Below, piece by piece: positions 53,646-64,000 of a stretch of 64,000 nucleotides of DNA (position 1 is the stretch's first letter; each line of letters opens with the position of its first letter). Below the pieces are notes generated by a model, which worked only from the letters and a program-made list of their open reading frames with translations, was not told the DNA's origin and made no database searches. The position numbers and the translations under genes were made by a program. The stretch is from assembly GCA_013239625.1 (NCBI GenBank), contig MU053652.1:4329902-4393901 (forward strand), in the 5' to 3' direction. Source of the DNA: Lama guanicoe (taxonomy: Eukaryota).

Positions 53646-55439
53646 GGCAAAGGGGTCTGCCGGAGAGAGCAGAGGAGGGTATCAGCAGATTTGTAGCTGG
53701 CTGCTTCCTGGGGCAGGGGATGTGGGGGCACTCAAGGAGCCGAGCCAGGGCCCTGTAGGACTTTTCCTTCCTCTCAACACTGGGGGCTGGAGTCTCTCCA
53801 GTCCATTCAGGTGCTCAAGTCAGTTCTCTCAAACCATCAGTTTTCATGTCACAAGGTCTCTGCTTCTGGGCTTTGGGAGAAAGGAAGGAGGGAGTTTACA
53901 GCTGTAGTGGATGCTGTGTGTGTCCCACCCAGACACCCTGTACCAGGGAGGGCAACAACTCCCCAGCTGCTGCAAGGCCAGCACAGCACAGAGCTGCCCA
54001 TGCCAGAGAACTGCCCTCGGCTACCTCACTCCAGGGCCAGGCCCACCCCTCCACTCTGGGGCGACAGCCCACAGCCAGTGGGTGACTGGCACACGGGGAC
54101 AAAACACCGGTCACCTTGCTTCAGGTGGAGCAAATGTGTGCTCCAGGCTCCTCATGGGTTTCGGCTGAAGCTAGTCTCCAGCTGATTCCTCATCCTTGCT
54201 TAGGCCCCCTTCCCCCACTTCCTTCCAAGAACTCCCTCAACAAACCACCTTCTAGGAAACCTGGTGAAAGGGAAAACCTGTGAGTTAGGGAGGGTTTGCA
54301 CACTCTGTCCTCAGAGCTTCCTTCTTCAGGTTCCCTCAGGAATGAAGCTCCCCCCACCCCGCCCCCTGATCTGGACATTTTGAGAGAAATCCCATCAGCC
54401 AACTCCCTCTCCTTCCTGTACCACTGGCAAGGACAGCAGCCACCAAACTTAGAACTTACTCTTTTAAAGCCATCAGTTTCCTAGACTCTGGTTCCTCCCC
54501 ACTGACCATGCATTCATTCAGCAGCTAGTAAGCACCTTATGTTTGCCAGGAGCTGGCAAACTGCATGGATCTGCAGGAACTACAGAGGCAGTGTCCCCCG
54601 TGGAGCGAGAGCCACTTTCTTGGGCCACAGTCTCTGCCTCCCTAGTCAGAGGCCAGCTGGCCACACAGAACCCCTGCCTTATCCTCTCCACCTGTCAGCC
54701 TCTCTCCAGACCCAAGGCCTGAAACTTCTCTTTGCCATCTTGACCCCCTTCCCACTCTGTTCCACTCCTAGGTGGTTTCTCTCCTGCCCTTGCCCTTGAT
54801 CTGTGAGCCCAGGGTCAGAGACAGAAAGGACTGAGCCATCATAGCCCCCTATCCTGGGACTCAGAGGGGACTCTTGTCTTGGGGCAAGGAAAGAACAAAG
54901 GGCTGAGCCGCGATGAGAAATCAGGCTGCCTCCTGCCTGGGGTTCTAGTTTCTGGACACATGTGAGTAGGTGGGCATGCAAGCATGTGTGTAAGAGGGCA
55001 CACACTGCCCCAGGACCATGCTTCTCTCCCACTTCCTTGATACCCCAAGCCCCTAGAAGATGCTCCACAGGTAAGGAGAGGGAGTGGTGGTGATGAGGGT
55101 GGCACAGGGATGGGGCAGGCCAGAGTCTTTCCTAGAGGCCACGCTTCCTGGTACAAGAATGCCAACACTGACCCTCTGGGACGGGCTCCCCAGCACTCAC
55201 ACTCCACTTGCCACAGCACCATGGATGGCCCATGGCCCACTCCCTCCATTGAGATGACTGGTTTGGGGCTCTTGCTAGGCCATGCACTGGCTCCCCCATC
55301 TTGTTTACCATCCAGGTGGGCAGGCAACCTCTTCAAGGGCAGGAGTGCCTCCCTCTCTTTTTCTTCCTCCCCACCTGCCCCACCTCCCAGGCACCCTGTC
55401 ATTCACTAGACCAAAGTAGGACTTAAGAAATACCAGCCA

Positions 55440-55519
55440 GGGAAGGTAATAGCTCAGTAGTGGAGCACATGCTTAGCATGTATGAGGTCCTGAGTTCAAT
55501 CCTCAGTGCCTCCATTAAA
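55440..55519 (+). mobile_element. Short tRNA-Ala-derived SINE (Vic-1-like) in IRF5 intron 1
   Basis: TAGCTCAGTAG...GCTTAGCATG...GAGTTCAATCC; TSD AAGAAATACCAGCCA 55425-55439 / AAGAAATACCAACCA 55520-55534; TT|AAGA target. Confidence 0.8.
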
Positions 55520-55960
55520 AAGAAATACCAACCAGATGTTGGCTGTCCTCCACTTGTTTATTCCCCCACCCTAACCCCAACCAGCCCTCCTCTCCCCAGG
55601 ATCCTCCTCTGACTCAAAGGAGGTGAGGCCAGACCCAAGAAGAAGGCTTCTGGGGCTGTGATGCAGGCAAGGGTTGGAGGGGGCAGGCCTGGCAGGAAAG
55701 AATGGCTGAAGGAAATGAGGTATCTGGGTTGGTGAAGTGAACACGCAGTGGGGTGGGGATGAGAGGTACTGCCATGTGACAAAGGGACTAGGGTTTAAGC
55801 CAACACCAAGTCAGCCACCGCTGAAACAGGCTAGACTCAGGTTGAAGATCTTTCTAACAGCTAAAGCCCCCCAACCAAGGGCTGGATTATTGCTGGAAGC
55901 AGCAGCTTCTGGGAATTCTCAAGTCCTGGTGGGCTTCCAGGGTCACACTGGGTCATACAA

Positions 55961-55984
55961 ACACACACACACACACACACACAT
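55961..55984 (+). repeat. (AC)n microsatellite
   Basis: Read directly. Confidence 0.9.
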
Positions 55985-56224
55985 TCATACATCATCATTC
56001 CAGGCCAAAGCACCGAGCACTGAGGCTCAGTTTCCCCTGAAATTCCCCACCCAGTACCCTTTTGGGTTATAGTGGCTAAATGCCACCTCCACACTGCTAA
56101 GAATTTCCATCTGCAAGCTGCTCCTCAGAGCAGTGCCCAGGGCTGGGCTAGGACAGGGAGGGTGGGAGAGCACCCAGCCCGGCCCCCAGGCCTCAGAAGA
56201 CGGGTGGCTCGGGTGGCTCTGGTG

Positions 56225-56330
56225 GCTCGGTTCCCCTTTCTGCACTAGCCTCCACCCAGCCCCAGGGGAAATGAAAGTGGCCAGACCGGACAACTCGGAA
56301 GCCTGACTCACTGTGAGCTGGGGGCGGGAC
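56225..56330. promoter_or_regulatory. Intronic immune-type element / candidate alternative IRF5 promoter
   Basis: PU.1-like AAAGGGGAA (minus, 56231-56239), EICE/ISRE-like GGAAATGAAAGT 56267-56278, AP-1 TGACTCA 56304-56310, GC box 56321-56328. Confidence 0.55.
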
Positions 56331-57479
56331 GGGATGTGGAGAAAATCACATTTGGGTCCCCTAGACCAAATTCTCACTCTTTCACCCCGTGGCCCACCCC
56401 CCTACCCTCAAGCCCACTGATGGTCATTGTACGTTGTGTGGCTCACAGCACTGGAGAGCTTCACCCGCCATATTTGTATGTGTAGCACCCCCACTCCTCA
56501 CAAAGGCCTGGGTCCTAGAATAGAGGGGCGACGGTCACAGTAGCAGGCCATTCTGGCTAAGAGAAGGTGGACAGAGGAAAGCTCTGTTGACACAGAGGGA
56601 AAGGCAAGCTTCCCTGAGAGTCAGGCCCGCAGCTCTGCCAAAGGTGGTGCAGCTGGGAGGCCAGAAAGGTCGCCGACTCTGCCCAGCGCAAGGAGGAAGT
56701 CCAGGCGAGTCCAACTGCCTGGCCTGCCCCAGCACTGCTCTTCAACACAAAGGTTTTGAACGTATAACTCTGGTCTCTTGTCAGTAAGGTGCAGCACCTT
56801 CAAGCAACACAGGGATGGTCTCTGGAGAGGGCCTCCCACGACACGCCTGGCCAGGGCCAAGGGAGGGTCTGTCCAGCATGCCACAATAGGGTCTTCAGCT
56901 TGCGGGGTTGGGGGGGTGTTGCTTGCAGCCAGGTGCACCAGGACCAGGCTCAGCATCAGCTCCCCAAGGAGGCTTCCTCTCGCCCAGAGGAGGGCTTAGA
57001 TCTGACTCAGACTATCCTAATGCCAGGAGTTCTGAATTTCAGTGCCTTTGTACCGCACCCCTACTTTCTCTCCAGAGAGAAGCAGTGGCCCAGATTCCCA
57101 GGGGATCCCAGAAGCTATAGCACAGCCCTCAGAAAGTCCATCCTACACCCACTACCCGCGGCTGGGAGGAGGACTTGATTTTCCAGCAGAGGGCAGGCTG
57201 GTCAAGGGGGTCTACCCTGACTCCTTGACAGCTGATCAAGTCCATAGCCCTCGGACCTAGCCTTGTGGACTTGAGCCCGGGAAAGTGAGGAAAGCCGGAA
57301 GTGCCTGTGTCAGCTTCCATGGAAACATCAAAGGAGGTGTGGCCTGCTGAGGACAGGAGGAAGCCCCTATAAGTGGATGGGTAGCCCAGGCGCCCCTGCT
57401 GGGGTGGGGCGGCCTCACAACTCAGGCCAGGACCCTGAAATCCCGGGAGCCAGCCACCCCAGGAGCCTGGAACACAATG

Positions 57480-59720
57480 GGCACCAGGGACCCCTATGGG
57501 AGGCGCGCTGCAGCCCCCAGTAGTGGGCGGAGCAGCCGGCTGTTGCCCCTCCTGGGTTTGTCAGATTCAGTCGTCCCATGCAAACTCCACACCAAGCTCA
57601 TGAAGAAGGCAAGGGGTTCCCCGCGCCCGGCGTGACCTTAAACCCCGCCCCCTCCAGGTGAGTTGAAAACACATCTTGAGAGTAGATGAGGCTCGGGGCG
57701 GCAGATGCGGCAGGAAGAAGCCTCTCTCGGCTTCCTCTCGGGGCACGTTGGGGGAAGGCCAAGGTGCAGGGGGAAAACCCCCGAAAAAGGGCCTTTAGGT
57801 AAAAAAGGGGGGGGGGATTTCCCAGTGCCGCCCTTGACTTGCTGCGAGTCCCAGCGCCCCGGCCAGACAGCTTTGCTCTGGCCTGGCTGTCCCTCCCGAG
57901 GGCCTTTAGCTTCCTCCGTCGGCTCTGCCCGCGTCCTTACTGGTCCTGGTCATTTATCCCCGCTCTGGGCGCTCAGGGAGCCCTGGTCAGGGCCTACACT
58001 CGTGACCGCCCCCGCAGTTTCCGTCCCTGGCGGCTTGCCCGCGCCTCTTGGGCCAGCCTACAGAGCCACCCCCGGGGCGCTGGCTTAGGGTCGGCCTCCC
58101 GGTTTGCCTCCGGCTGGCGCCCCCGCCCTCTTCCCCACTCTACTGTGCCTACGGTGGCGGCGAGGCCAGGAAAGTTCCCTCTTCCCTAGCCCCCGCTCCG
58201 GGGTACTAGCTCCGGCACCCCCGGGGTCCCGAAGCCAACCGCCTGGGGCTGGCGCAGGTATTCGCCATCTCCTATCATGCATCACGGCTACACTATTCTT
58301 TCTCTTCGCTCGTAGACTCTTGTTTCGTTTTTAAGTTCGAGGGAAGGACGTAAAGAAACTAAGTATTGCGCCTCATGGTTCTCTGCTAGGAGGGTCAGCG
58401 CCTCCTTTTCTCCGCCAGGAGTCAAAGGACGGCGCCTCTGCCTGAGACCATCTCCCTACACTCTCTCTACCCGAATTGGCCTTAAGATCCTGGGAGGATG
58501 AATCCTTTAAACCGCATCCTCTTACCAGAGAAGATGAGGTGTGCCTGGGGAAGGAGGATCGGAGCGCACAGAGATTGGGAATCCAGGCTCGCCCTTCCAT
58601 GGCCCAAGTCGTGCGCCCCGGCGCTACCCATCCTTGGCGATGGCGAGGCGAAGGGAGAGAGGCAGCAGAGCTGGCGCCCCTGGCAGCGGTGCCAACTCCA
58701 CCGCCCGCGCCTCGGTGCTCCTCGGGCACCTTCGAACGCTGGCGGTGCGGGGCGCTGATCCGGACGTAAGACGCATCTTGGAGGCCGTCAGACCTGTCGG
58801 GTGCGCCCTGCCCTAGGCGTCCCCCCGAGCTTGAGTGCCAGGCAGAGCCGGGCGCGGATCCCTCCTGCGCGTCTGCCCCGCTCCAGTGCCAGGCCTGCCG
58901 CTGGCAGGTGCCCCGCGAGCTCGGAGAGGAGCGCCCCGCGGCCGGACCTACCTGTCTGCGGTGAGCCCGCGTGGCTGCGCCCGGGAGCACAGGGCAGGCG
59001 GTGGGGCTGAGCTGCGCCCTCCCGGAGCTGCACCTCCCGCTGGTCCGCCCGCCCGCCTGCCCGGCACTTCCGCATCACCCGCCCCCGCCCCTGGGCCATG
59101 GCTGCTGAGCCTCGGTGCTCGGGCAGCGCCCCGCCCTGCCCCGCGGAGCCACCCTGCGGTTCCCGCACTGACCCGGCGGCCGAGGGACTGGGCTGGGCCT
59201 CGGGCCAGGCTGAGACCCCCTGCAGCCCAGCGCGAGGACCTAGACCGACTACTGGGCTTCTTCGGCAATGTGGAACCGCGAAATAGTCCTTCGACAATCC
59301 CAGCCCCCTACCCTACCCTGCTACAGTGTTCGGCTGGGCCCGGGAGCTTCCCAGCTTGTCTCTCTCGGAGCTCAAGATCTGTGCAGACACTGTCGGTCAA
59401 GTGAGCCACGAACGAGCGCGGTGCGGCGAACCGATAGACAGCCCCCGGCCCTTGCCCCTCTCGCCCGCGCCTCTTCCAAGGGTCGGTCAACTCTAAGCCG
59501 CAGGCACCCAGACTCAAACGTCCCCTTCTCCACGCGCCTGCATACGGAGATCCTCAGGCTACTCTGTCCCTTTCTAATTCTTAACCTTCGCACCTGTCTG
59601 CCCCAGCTCCCACTCCCTGGTCGCCTTCCAGCCTCTCAGGGTCAGCGCCTTGGTCGCCTGTCCCATCTCTTCACTCACCGCTACCTTGACCATCCGTCCG
59701 CCGTTCTGAACTTTTTAAGG
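57480..59720. promoter_or_regulatory. IRF5: CpG island covering IRF5 promoter, exon 1A and start of intron 1
   Basis: Very high GC and CpG density versus CpG-depleted flanks; GC boxes 59047-59143. Confidence 0.88.
58952..59070 (-). other. IRF5: IRF5 non-coding first exon (exon 1A equivalent); 5' end approximate
   Basis: Donor ...CACCGCAGACAG|gtaggt; preceded by ETS motif CGGAAGT and GC boxes; resembles human exon 1A as recalled. Confidence 0.75.
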
Positions 59721-61569
59721 TTCCATGAGTGAGCCTCGCTCTCACACATCCGACCTCAACTCTCACACACCCAGTTCCCTCTCCTGAAGCATTCTTCGCC
59801 TGGGAACTCCTGCTCTTCAGATTTTGTTTCAGCATCATCTCTTCTGGAAAGTTTACCTTGACTTCCCTCCCTAGATCGGGTTCCCGGGCTCGGAAGCTTG
59901 TCCTCGCTGGTTTTCACTGAGATTTTAACGTCTGATTCCCACTGGAATCAACTTACTCAAGGACCACTCCTGTCTTTCATTTTTTGTTTTCTATAGTAAT
60001 TTTTAACAAAAATATTTTTAAATGAAGAAACTTCTGTGTCAAGTTATTAAACTTTAGATAGAAAATAAAACATGTAAGTTCTAGAGTACTATTTGCCCTT
60101 TAAAGCTCAGTGCCTGTATTTGGAACAAACACAGCAGTATTAGTTAGTTGATGAATCAGAACTTTGACCTTCCTCTCTCCATCCCTGTAGGAGTACTTGG
60201 GTTGGTCTACCCTAATCTGTATCATTACTCATTATGTATTGTCTTTTTTCTTCTCTCTTGCATCTCTCTCCCTCTCCCTTGCTCTTGAAGCCCTGATATA
60301 AAATAGAAATGTATTTTATTATTTATACTTGCTGAGTATTTCACTATTTTAAATTTTTAAAATATTAAGTGTGGATACAGAAAATGATAGGAAGATTGCT
60401 TTGTATTTCTTTCGTTAAAAATGAAGCCGCGATTTAATTGAAAGTGGTTCCTCCCAAAATGCAAATCTTTTTCACTGGAGGTCAGTTGTGCTTAATAGAA
60501 AGTGCTCTATATTGGACTAGGAAATCTATGTGGAGGAATAGTTCAGAAGAGCCTTCTTTTATTGTTAAATGTCCCACACACAGTCTGACAAAACACAAGA
60601 CTAGGATTCTAAATCCTGCCCCCCTCCCCTATCCTCTGTGATCTGGTGAGGCATCCTGCCCTTCAAGTCTCTGAACTTTGTCAAGAACCATGTGGGGGCT
60701 GTGTGTAGAAGAAAGGGCACTGCCCTTGAGCTTGTATCCGTCTCTGCTGTGTTCAAGCTCAGTGGCCATAGGCAGGTCCTGTGAATCTCATTCTGTGCAG
60801 TAAAGAGGGAGGTGGTGTTACCTAGCTTGCAGCATTGGCGTGAGGCTCCAGGGATAGGGGCTACCCAGGGGCTCCACTAGCTTGGGTCCTGCATTCCCTG
60901 GACCACGGGAACCTGAGCCAAGAACCACTCTGGGTCAGAGACTTGGCATAGGGAGGAAGGGGCGGGGACAGAAAGCATCACTCAGGTGCTTCTAAAATTG
61001 AAGGGTCCTCTTGCTTCCAGATGCTGTCTTATGATGAATCACAAGTAAAAGGGATATGAGGCGATACCTGACTGCCATGTGCTCACTGCCAGTTCCCCCG
61101 CAATCAGGCCAGGCACGCGGGGAACGGGAGGCCTGGACTCCACGGCCCCAGGAGCCTCAGCAGGGATGTGTGTCCAGGCCTCTCATTCCCAGTGGTGAGA
61201 CGGCCTCTGCCCCCACTTCCCCTGGCTGAAACAGCAGATTGAGGGTGTGGTGAGAGGCCTGATTCCGGAAGAAGCTCTGTGGATGTGTATGTGTGTGGGC
61301 TGGTGGGGGAGCCGAGTCCCCAAAGGGAACTGAAAGAAACCCAGTGTGAGTGGTGGAGACACAAGACAGAGGTCCAGCGGGGCAGCTGGGTGAGACCCTC
61401 CTCTCAGCTCTGGACCCGCCCCTTCCATGCAGGCCTTGGCAGATGACAGCTGCCTTTGCCTCCAAACCCTCCCCTCCAGAAGACCCATCCCCTCTGTCTG
61501 GGCTCTCCGTCTTCCCCAGACTGGCCTGTTCCTCAGATGCCCCCCATTTCTGGGAACTTGTTGTCTAGA

Positions 61570-61760
61570 CACCAGGCTCTGGAATCCAGCAGGACTGAAT
61601 CACACCTGGCTCTACCACTTAGAAATTGTGTGACCTTGAGCAAACCACGGACTGTCTTGGAACCCCCATTTCCCCGCCTAAAAGTAAGAATGATACCATC
61701 ACAGTCGCAGATTGGCTGTGAGGGCTAAATTCAACAAATGCTTAGGCCCTTTGTGCTAGG
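61570..61760 (+). mobile_element. MIR SINE
   Basis: ggctctggaatc...cctggctctaccactt...tgtgtgaccttgagcaa. Confidence 0.65.
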
Positions 61761-64000
61761 AAAAGTGGTGAACTTTGTCTAAACTGCCCCTGCCCTCCTG
61801 GAACTTCCATTCTGTGGAGTGAGCCAGACAAGTAAAAGCTTCCGGAACAAAACTGAGGGGCGCCCCATGGGTCATTGTACAGGCTGAGCAGAGGCACCAC
61901 ATGGCCTGATCTAGCTTTTAGCACAGTCACTCTGGCTCCTGTCTCTAAAGTGCATAATGCTATGTCTGACGTGAACCAGTGGCAGCTTTATTATTACTGA
62001 TGCCCAGAACACCACAGCTGGGGCTTCCTTCCCCTTTCTTACTAAGCACTGCCTCTTCAGAGTATTCTGAGGTGCAAGCTGGAAGTCCCCCACTTGGTCG
62101 GCACTGTCACACAGACACCTCTAGACCTCATGTCCAACCCCTTCTCACCAATCTGCAGCTCTTTCTAGCTCTTCAAATAGCCTAAGGCCCAGGAAGCTGT
62201 GTAGCTGCCCTCGTCCATCCCAGGCCCTGGCTCTCTGCTCCCTTGGCCCTGTTGAGAACAAATGCTACTTCCCTTTTCCTTCATGGTCAGCTCCTCTCCT
62301 CTCCCTGATCCTCTGCCATCTGGCTTCTACCCTTTTCCCATGGATTCCGCTCTGCACCTTTGACCTAGAGCTCCAGAAGGCCCTGAAACCCTCAGGAATG
62401 CCTCAGAAACGCCAGTCTCTGAGTCCCTTTCACACTTAAACTCTCAGATCCAGGAGTTTCACTGTTGCCCTGGTTTCTCACCGTCCCTTGTAAATAAATG
62501 CCCTGGATTCAGTTCAGTGTCTTAGCATCCTCCCCTACCCCGCGCTGCCTCGCCCCTGCCCTGCCTCTCAGTGCGATCATCATTGCTTCTTCTGCAGATT
62601 CTTCCTCACTCATATCTTCAACCTAGACACCAGGATGCCTCACCCAGCCCCTCATCTCCCCACCCCTACCCACCAGCTGCGCTGGGTCTGATTCAGGCAC
62701 TCCTGAAATCTGCTTAGCTCAGTGTTTCACTCAAACCACTTCCCTCTCTGCTAGGAAGGGACTGGGGCCTCCATTCTTCCTGCCTCTCTGGAGGACTCTT
62801 GATAGAGCATATAGCACCTGGATAAGGAGGAAAAGAAAGAGGAGGAAGTCCCACCTGGAAACTGCAGCCTTCTGGGGTTCCTGCAATGGGAATGGCTGGG
62901 CCCCTGCTTTGTGGGAACAGAAGTCACCCTGGTCCCACAGGAACCAGCCATGGATCTCAGTGTCCTTTCTTGTCCCAAATAGACCTTGGCTGAAGCCCAG
63001 AGTCCATAGGTGTCCCCACCAGGGAGAGGGGTCCTATCCAGATGCACAAGGACCACCCATCATTGATGTGGGATGCAGGGGGCCCTGCAGCTTACCAGCC
63101 AGATCCATCTCAAGCCCCCACAGCTCAGGATCCTCCCTGGGGCAGAACTGCTGACCCTCTGAGGTGGGAGATGAGAGGGGACTCAGGATGGCAGGATCAG
63201 CCCAAGGGCACGGGGACTCTCCTCAGCTCACATCTGGACCTCAGGGTGGTGGGAAGATGACAGAACCACCCTGGATAGGAGGGCACTCTGGGGACGGCTC
63301 TGGGAGTCCAGAGGAGGCGCTATCTGGCCTGGAGCCTGGAGTGGCTGAGGTGGGAGGTTATGGGAGTGGGGCAGGGGACATGATATTTGTCCCAAGTGGC
63401 CTCTCAACACTTCACCCTGGGAAAGGGATGTCCCAGCTGCCCCTCTCTGGCCTTCTAAGGACTGGGCTGGATGGGGGTTGTGGCCTGAGCATTTCATGTG
63501 TGTGGTGGAGGCAGGGGAAGGAGCTCTTGGGGGCCAGTCACCAAACAGCTGCGGGGTCAGATGTTTGGCTCCTGCCAGCCGGGTACCCCTGGGCCAGTGC
63601 TGCGACCCTGTAGGGGTTAGGCCTGGGGGCCGGAGGTGGGGGATCGCCCAGGTTACCTAATTCTTCTGTAGACTGATGTTGTGGGTAGAAAAGCAAGAAA
63701 GCAGAAAGCCCTGAGGACTGACGGTCCCTGGGGACTCCTAGGGCAGGACCCACTCTGCTCTCTTGGGCCCTCTCACCAAGAGGGATGTCTGTTCTCTCTG
63801 GAGGGGAGTCTAGGGGGAGTCCTTACTCCTGGAATCTCAGTGTTTCACAGCTTTCCAAGCGAGGAGCCAGCTGGAGCTCTGACGCCTACCCAGTTCCCCG
63901 TGCCCGGCAGACTGGGGCTACAAGGGTGCTGATGGGCATGTGGGATCCAGGAGTCCCTGTGGATCTGTGCCAGTCTGAGGACCATGTCTCCCTGTTTCTC

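Noticed and set aside
57705..59732. Many overlapping 100-200 aa ORFs
   Set aside because: Expected from stop-codon scarcity in a CpG island; no recognisable domains. Only the frame continuous with IRF5 was kept as a finding
60000..64000. A further gene upstream of IRF5
   Set aside because: Short ORFs with no recognisable protein similarity or consistent exon chain

Overview
Mammalian genomic DNA, most likely a camelid (camel/alpaca/llama), inferred from two tRNA-Ala-derived SINEs resembling the camelid Vic-1 family. The window holds two convergent genes. (1) The 3' three-quarters of TNPO3 (transportin-3/TRN-SR2, importin-beta family) on the + strand: 18 coding exons (human-numbered 5-22, 2040-41588, about residues 185-923, all GT-AG and phase-consistent), a non-coding last exon from 43225, and a likely poly(A) signal at 44368. 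(2) The complete IRF5 gene on the - strand: 8 coding exons, 53645 to 49474, 1509 nt = 502 aa, with a non-coding exon 1A in a CpG island near 59 kb and a poly(A) signal at 48899. Introns carry L1, MIR, L2, DNA-transposon and SINE copies, including a 3.2-kb sense L1 with a perfect 17-bp TSD. I found no new multi-gene system. The best leads are isoform and regulatory features: two ATGs at exon 1A in frame with IRF5 (53/45-aa N-terminal extension), an in-frame stop-free IRF5 intron 6, a 14-nt microexon candidate in the TNPO3 3'UTR intron, an in-frame 34-codon upstream acceptor at TNPO3 exon 11, and apparent orthologues of several human IRF5/TNPO3 disease-variant sites. Exon numbering and all human comparisons come from memory, not alignment. 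Repeat boundaries without TSDs are approximate.
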